From an uncultured Actinomycetota bacterium (GTDB lineage Bacteria; Actinomycetota; Thermoleophilia; RBG-16-64-13): 64,000 bases of DNA. A model generated the notes under the pieces. The model was given only the letters and a program-made list of their open reading frames with translations, made no database searches and was not told the origin of the DNA. The stretch lies in contig CAWCLH010000020.1 of assembly GCA_963796315.1 (NCBI GenBank), positions 289,879 to 353,878 on the forward strand, written 5' to 3'. Below, one piece after another: positions 58,673 through 64,000 of the stretch; position 1 is the first letter of the stretch; each line of letters opens with the position of its first letter. The translations under genes and the position numbers were made by a program.

Positions 58673-59876
58673 ATGCCCAAGGAGACGTGTGTCCTCGCCT
58701 ACTCTGGCGGTCTCGATACCTCGGCCATGATCCCCTACCTGCAAGAGGGGTACGGCGTGGACGTGATCGCCGCCCTGGTCGACGTGGGCCGGGCCAAGGA
58801 CCTGGAGGCTCTGCGCGAGCGCGCTCTGAAAGCCGGAGCCGTGGACGCGGTGATCATCGACGCGCGGGAGGAGTTCGCCCAGGACTTCGCCCTGGAGGCC
58901 CTCAAGGCCAACGCGCTCTATGAAGAGAAGTACCCGCTGGTATCCGCCCTCTCTCGGCCGCTCATCTGCAAGAAGATGGTGGAGTTGGCCCACGAGCGGG
59001 GAGCCACCGTCATCGCGCACGGCTGCACGGCCAAGGGCAACGATCAGGTGCGCTTCGACGTCTCCATCCGCTGCCTGGATCCCTCGCTCACCATCCTGGG
59101 GCCGGCCCGGGAGTGGGGGATGACCCGGGAGGAGATCCTGGACTACTCGGCCGCCCGCGGCATCGAGATCCCCCTCAGCAAGAAGAACCCCTTTTCCATC
59201 GACGAAAACCTCTGGGGGCGCACCATCGAGTGCGGCGAGCTGGAGGATGCCTGGACCACGCCCTCCGGCCGAAGCCTACACGGTGACGGCCGACGCCCGG
59301 CAGGCTCCGGACGAGGGGGTCGAGGTCGTCGTCTCGTTCGACCACGGCACCCCGGTCGCCCTCGACGGTGAGGCCTTGGGCCTGGCCGAGTTGGTCGACC
59401 GCATCGACGAGATCGGCGGACGGCACGGCTTCGGCCGGGTCGACATGATGGAGAACCGGCTGGTGGGCATCAAGAGCCGCGAGATCTACGAGGTCCCGGG
59501 CGCGCTGGCGCTGATCAAGGCGCACAAGGAACTGGAAGACCTCACCCTGACCCGCGACCTCATCCACTTCAAGCGGGGGGTCGAGCAGAAGCTGGCCGAC
59601 ATGATCTACGACGGGCAGTGGTTCGACCCGCTGTCCGACGCGCTGCGCGCCTTCGTCAACGAGAGCCAGCGGTACGTCACCGGCGACGTCCGCCTGCTCT
59701 TCTACAAAGGGTCCTGCACGGTCATGGGCCGGCGCTCGCCGCACTCCCTCTATCTCCAGGAACTGGCCACCTACAGCACGGGCGACACCTTCAGCCACGA
59801 GGCGGCGAAGGGCTTCTGCCAGCTGTGGGGCCTGCCGCTCGAGGTCTGGGGCCGGCGCGAGATGGGGCTCATCTAG
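58673..59876 (+). CDS. argG: Argininosuccinate synthase; one apparent frameshift at about 59265
   Basis: VLAYSGGLDTS (PP-loop), AHGCTAKGNDQVRF, SIDENLWGRTIE, ENRLVGIKSREIYE. Confidence 0.92.
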
Positions 59877-59892
59877 CCCCTCGGAGCGGGCC

Positions 59893-61366
59893 ATGAGCGC
59901 GGGACGAGACCGACCCCGCATCCGGGAGCGCCCCGGACGACGCTCCGCGGGCCAAGCCCTGGGGCGGACGCTTCACCGACCCGCAGGCCCCGCTGTTCGA
60001 GCGCCTGAACGCCTCCCTGCCCTACGACCACGTGCTGGCCCCTTACGACCTGGCCGGCTCCCGGGCGCACGTCCGCATGCTGGGCTCGATCGGCGTGCTC
60101 GTCCGCGGAGGAGGTGGACGCAGTCTGGTGACCGGCCTGGACCGCGTCGGCCGAGGAGGTGCGAGCCGGTACCTTCGCGTGGGACTCGACCGACGAGGAC
60201 GTGCACATGGCCCTGGAGCGGCGGCTCACCCAGCTGGTGGGACCGGTGGGGGGCAAGGTCCACACCGGCCGCAGCCGCAACGACCAGGTGGTCCTCGACG
60301 TCCAGCTCTACCTGCGGGACGGCCGTCGCCGGACACCTGGGGCGGCTGCTGGACCTGATGGACACCCTCCTGCGCCGGGCGGAGGAGGGGCAGGACGCCA
60401 TCCTGCCCGGGTACACCCACCTGCAGCGGGCGCAGCCGGTGCTCCTGGCCCACCACCTGCTGGCCTACGTGGCCCTCTTCGAGCGGGAGGCCGATCGGCT
60501 GCTCCGCTGGCACGACCTCCACGCGATGCCCCTCGGCGCCGGCGCCCTGGCCGGGGTCAACTACCCCTTGGACCGCGCCCGCGTGGCCGCGGAGCTGGGC
60601 TTCGCGCGCGTCGCCTGGAACGCCATGGACGCCGTGGCCGCCCGGGACACCGCCTTCGAGTACCTGGCCTCCACCACCTCCTGCGCCCTGGGGCTCTCCC
60701 GCCTGGCGGAGGAGCTCGTGCTCTGGACCACCCAGGAGTTCGGCTTCGCCGCCCTGCCCGATCGCCTGGACCTCCGGGTCCAGCATCATGCCGCAGAAGC
60801 GCAACCCCGACGGCGCCGAGCTCGTGCGGGGCAAGGCCGCCGGCTTCCTGGGGCGCCTCACCACGCTCGGCGCGCTGATCAAGGGCCTGCCCCTGGCCTA
60901 CAACAAGGACCTGCAGGAGGACAAGCTCGCCCTCTTCGCCAGCCGCGAGGAGCTGGACCTGTGCCTGGAGTCGATGACCGCCATGGTGGCCTCGCTCCGC
61001 TTCGACCGGGAACGCGCGCGGCAGGCGGCCGAGGGAGGCTACGCGCAGGCCACCGACGTGGCCGACTACCTGGTCGCCCGGGGGCTCCCCTTCCGGGAGG
61101 CCCATCACGTCGCCGGGCGGCTGGTGGCCCACGCGGCCGCCGCGGGCAAGAGTCTGAGCGACTTCTCCGCAGACGAGTTGCTGACCATCAGCCCCCTGCT
61201 GGGCGAGGGGTACGCGGAGACGGTGGCGCTCGACCGGGTGGTGGCGGCAAAGGTCTCTCCGGGCGGGACGGCCCCGGCGCGGGTAGCCGAGCAGCTCGAT
61301 GAGGCCGCCCGCGCCCTCGCTCGGCTGCGCGCGCAGGCGGCCGCCCTCCCGCGACTGCCGCGCTGA
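59893..61366 (+). CDS. argH: Argininosuccinate lyase; at least four apparent frameshifts
   Basis: [39 protein letters not shown] and the signature [20 protein letters not shown] are spread over ORFs 59893.., 60032.., 60159.., 60788..61366. Confidence 0.9.
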
Positions 61367-61374
61367 ACCCGCTC

Positions 61375-62061
61375 GTGGCCGTCGCTTCCCCCGAGACTGC
61401 CGGGTGTTCCCTCGAACGCCCGCCGGGCCGCCTCGTGCCCGCCTCCTTCTTCGCCCGGCCGGCCGAGGAGGTCGCCCCCGGGCTGATCGGCCTCGTCCTT
61501 TGGCGCGACGGCGTCGGCGGCGGACGCTTGGTAGAGGTGGAGGCCTACCTGCCCGTGGTGGACCCCGCCTCTCACGGCCACCGGGGTCGGACCCCGCGCA
61601 ACGCCGGCCTGTTCGGCCCGCCCGGCACCCTCTACGTCTACGTCAGCTACGGCATCCACCGGTGCGTCAACCTGGTCTGCTACCGTGACGGGGTGGGCAC
61701 CGGGATCCTGGTGCGGGCCCTGGAGCCGCTGGGCGACACGTCGGTGCTGCGCCGGAACCGCGGCGACGGGGCCGCCAGGCTCCCGCCCGCGCTGCTGATG
61801 TCAGGACCGGGCCGGGTGGGGCAGGCACTGGGGGCCGGCCTCGAGTGGAACGGTCTCCCCCTGGGCCCCGCGTCCGGCGTCGTGCTGCTCGACGACGGAG
61901 TGCGTCCCCCGGTCGAGCGCACCGCCCGCATCGGGATCAGCCGGGCGACGGAGCTCCCGCTGCGCTTCATCGTCCCCGGAAGCCGGTTCCTCTCGCGGCC
62001 TCCCCGCCGCGGCGAGCCGGTCAGAGAAGGGCCAGAAGGCGAGTCGACCGAGGAGGAGTGA
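61375..62061 (+). CDS. mpg: DNA-3-methyladenine glycosylase (AAG/Mpg family)
   Basis: Intact 228-aa ORF (GTG start) with VEVEAYL, DPASHGHRGRTPRN, LYVYVSYGIHRCVNLV and GPGRVGQALG. Confidence 0.88.
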   Translation: MAVASPETAGCSLERPPGRLVPASFFARPAEEVAPGLIGLVLWRDGVGGGRLVEVEAYLPVVDPASHGHRGRTPRNAGLFGPPGTLYVYVSYGIHRCVNLVCYRDGVGTGILVRALEPLGDTSVLRRNRGDGAARLPPALLMSGPGRVGQALGAGLEWNGLPLGPASGVVLLDDGVRPPVERTARIGISRATELPLRFIVPGSRFLSRPPRRGEPVREGPEGESTEEE

Positions 62062-62063
62062 GG

Positions 62064-63020
62064 ATGGCGACACTGGGTGAGCTCTACGAGTTGACCGTCC
62101 GCGTGGGACGCGAGGCCGACCCCCGCGGGGAGGAAGGGGTCCGTCGCATCCTGGCGGAAGCACGAAAGGAGCTGGACGCCCTGCCCGAAGAGCGCCGCTG
62201 GGAGTTCGACCAAGAACGGCTGACCAACCCCTACACCGACGCGCGGATCCTCTATGGCTCGCCGGGGGCGCAGGTCGGGCGGGTGCTGGTGGGGATCGAC
62301 GTGGGCGTCGCCGAGCTTCTTCTGGCGGACCGTCTGACCGAGAAGGGCCGTCCGATCGATCTGGTGGTCGCTCACCATCCGGAAGGCCGGGCACTGGCCG
62401 ACCTCGACCTGGTCATGCCGGTGATGGCCGACATCTGGCACCGCTTCGGGGTGCCCATCCACTACGGCGATCTGGTGCTGGGCGAGCGCCGCGGCGAGGT
62501 GAAGCGTGGGTTCCACGCCAACAACAACGAGCAGGCGGTCGCCTCCGCGCGCCTGCTGGACCTGCCCTTTTTCTGCTGCCACACGCCGGCGGACAACCAT
62601 GCGCAGTCCTATGTTCAGGACCGTTGCGACGAGCTGGGCGAGGGCGCGACCGTGGCCGAGCTCATCGCGATGCTGAAGACCATCCCGGAGTACCGGGAAG
62701 CGGTGATCCAGGGCACCGGACCCCTGCTCTTCCAGGGTGAGGAGGACGCCCGAGTGGGACGGGTCATGGTGGATATGACCGGCGGGACGTCCGGCCCGGC
62801 GGATTCCCTTGAGCGGATCGCCGACGCGGGAGTGGGCACCATCGTGGGCATGCACATCGGGGAGGATCGCCGGAAGAAGGCGCAGAAGCTCCACCTGAAC
62901 GTGGTGATCGCCGGCCACATGGCTTCCGACTCGTTGGGCATGAACCTCGTGTTGGACCACTGGGAACGGGCCGGGGTCGAGATCATCCCCTGCTCCGGCA
63001 TGATCCGCGTCCGCCGGTGA
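62064..63020 (+). CDS. NIF3 (DUF34)-family metal-binding protein, second paralog in the window
   Basis: ATG 62064 after GGAGGAG, within ORF 61845..63020. LVVAHHPEG, CCHTPADNH, GHMASDSLG. Confidence 0.65.
   Translation: MATLGELYELTVRVGREADPRGEEGVRRILAEARKELDALPEERRWEFDQERLTNPYTDARILYGSPGAQVGRVLVGIDVGVAELLLADRLTEKGRPIDLVVAHHPEGRALADLDLVMPVMADIWHRFGVPIHYGDLVLGERRGEVKRGFHANNNEQAVASARLLDLPFFCCHTPADNHAQSYVQDRCDELGEGATVAELIAMLKTIPEYREAVIQGTGPLLFQGEEDARVGRVMVDMTGGTSGPADSLERIADAGVGTIVGMHIGEDRRKKAQKLHLNVVIAGHMASDSLGMNLVLDHWERAGVEIIPCSGMIRVRR

Positions 63021-64000
<980 letters not shown>

Overview
Visibly high-GC Gram-positive-type chromosome segment. The right half has Actinomycetota-like core synteny: thrS-infC-rpmI-rplT-trmH-pheST-argCJBDFRGH-mpg-nif3-tyrS. 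The left part carries two tandem hemY paralogs, a Lon-like protease, kbl-tdh, lexA with a perfect GAAC-N4-GTTC box, manC/manB, nadE and metXW. Seven tRNA genes are present: Leu-GAG, Asn-GTT, a CAT tRNA, Gly-GCC, Cys-GCA and Val-GAC. Several have clear TTGCAT-N16-18-TATACT-type promoters. Three lower-GC accessory segments are tied to tRNA genes. (i) The CAT-tRNA to ~20.2 kb holds small ORFs, an orphan zwf and a secreted S1 protease with a 158-bp displaced copy of its own coding sequence. (ii) 8.1 kb lies between tRNA-Cys and tRNA-Val, with a tRNA-Cys 3'-half copy, a decayed PhnD-like gene, a dynamin-like GTPase, an ADC-like gene, corA, DUF1206 and an SLH/L,D-transpeptidase. (iii) tRNA-Val to ~44.5 kb holds arr, GNAT, an O-methyltransferase, a pseudokinase, a lipoprotein, an ECF sigma with an anti-sigma bearing an FtsX-ECD-like domain, a gene remnant and a GT39-like protein. 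About 45 reading-frame breaks occur, including in essential genes. They look like assembly indels, so most interrupted genes are called CDS rather than pseudogenes, and their ends and break positions are approximate. The most unusual content is a compact same-strand cluster at 20.4-23.5 kb: a DUF360/holin-like membrane protein followed by two overlapping arm-less SMC-head ATPases. Second is a 23-nt direct repeat present three times (39.1, 40.4, 42.6 kb) that brackets two small gene modules. No CRISPR array, integrase, transposase or rRNA was seen.
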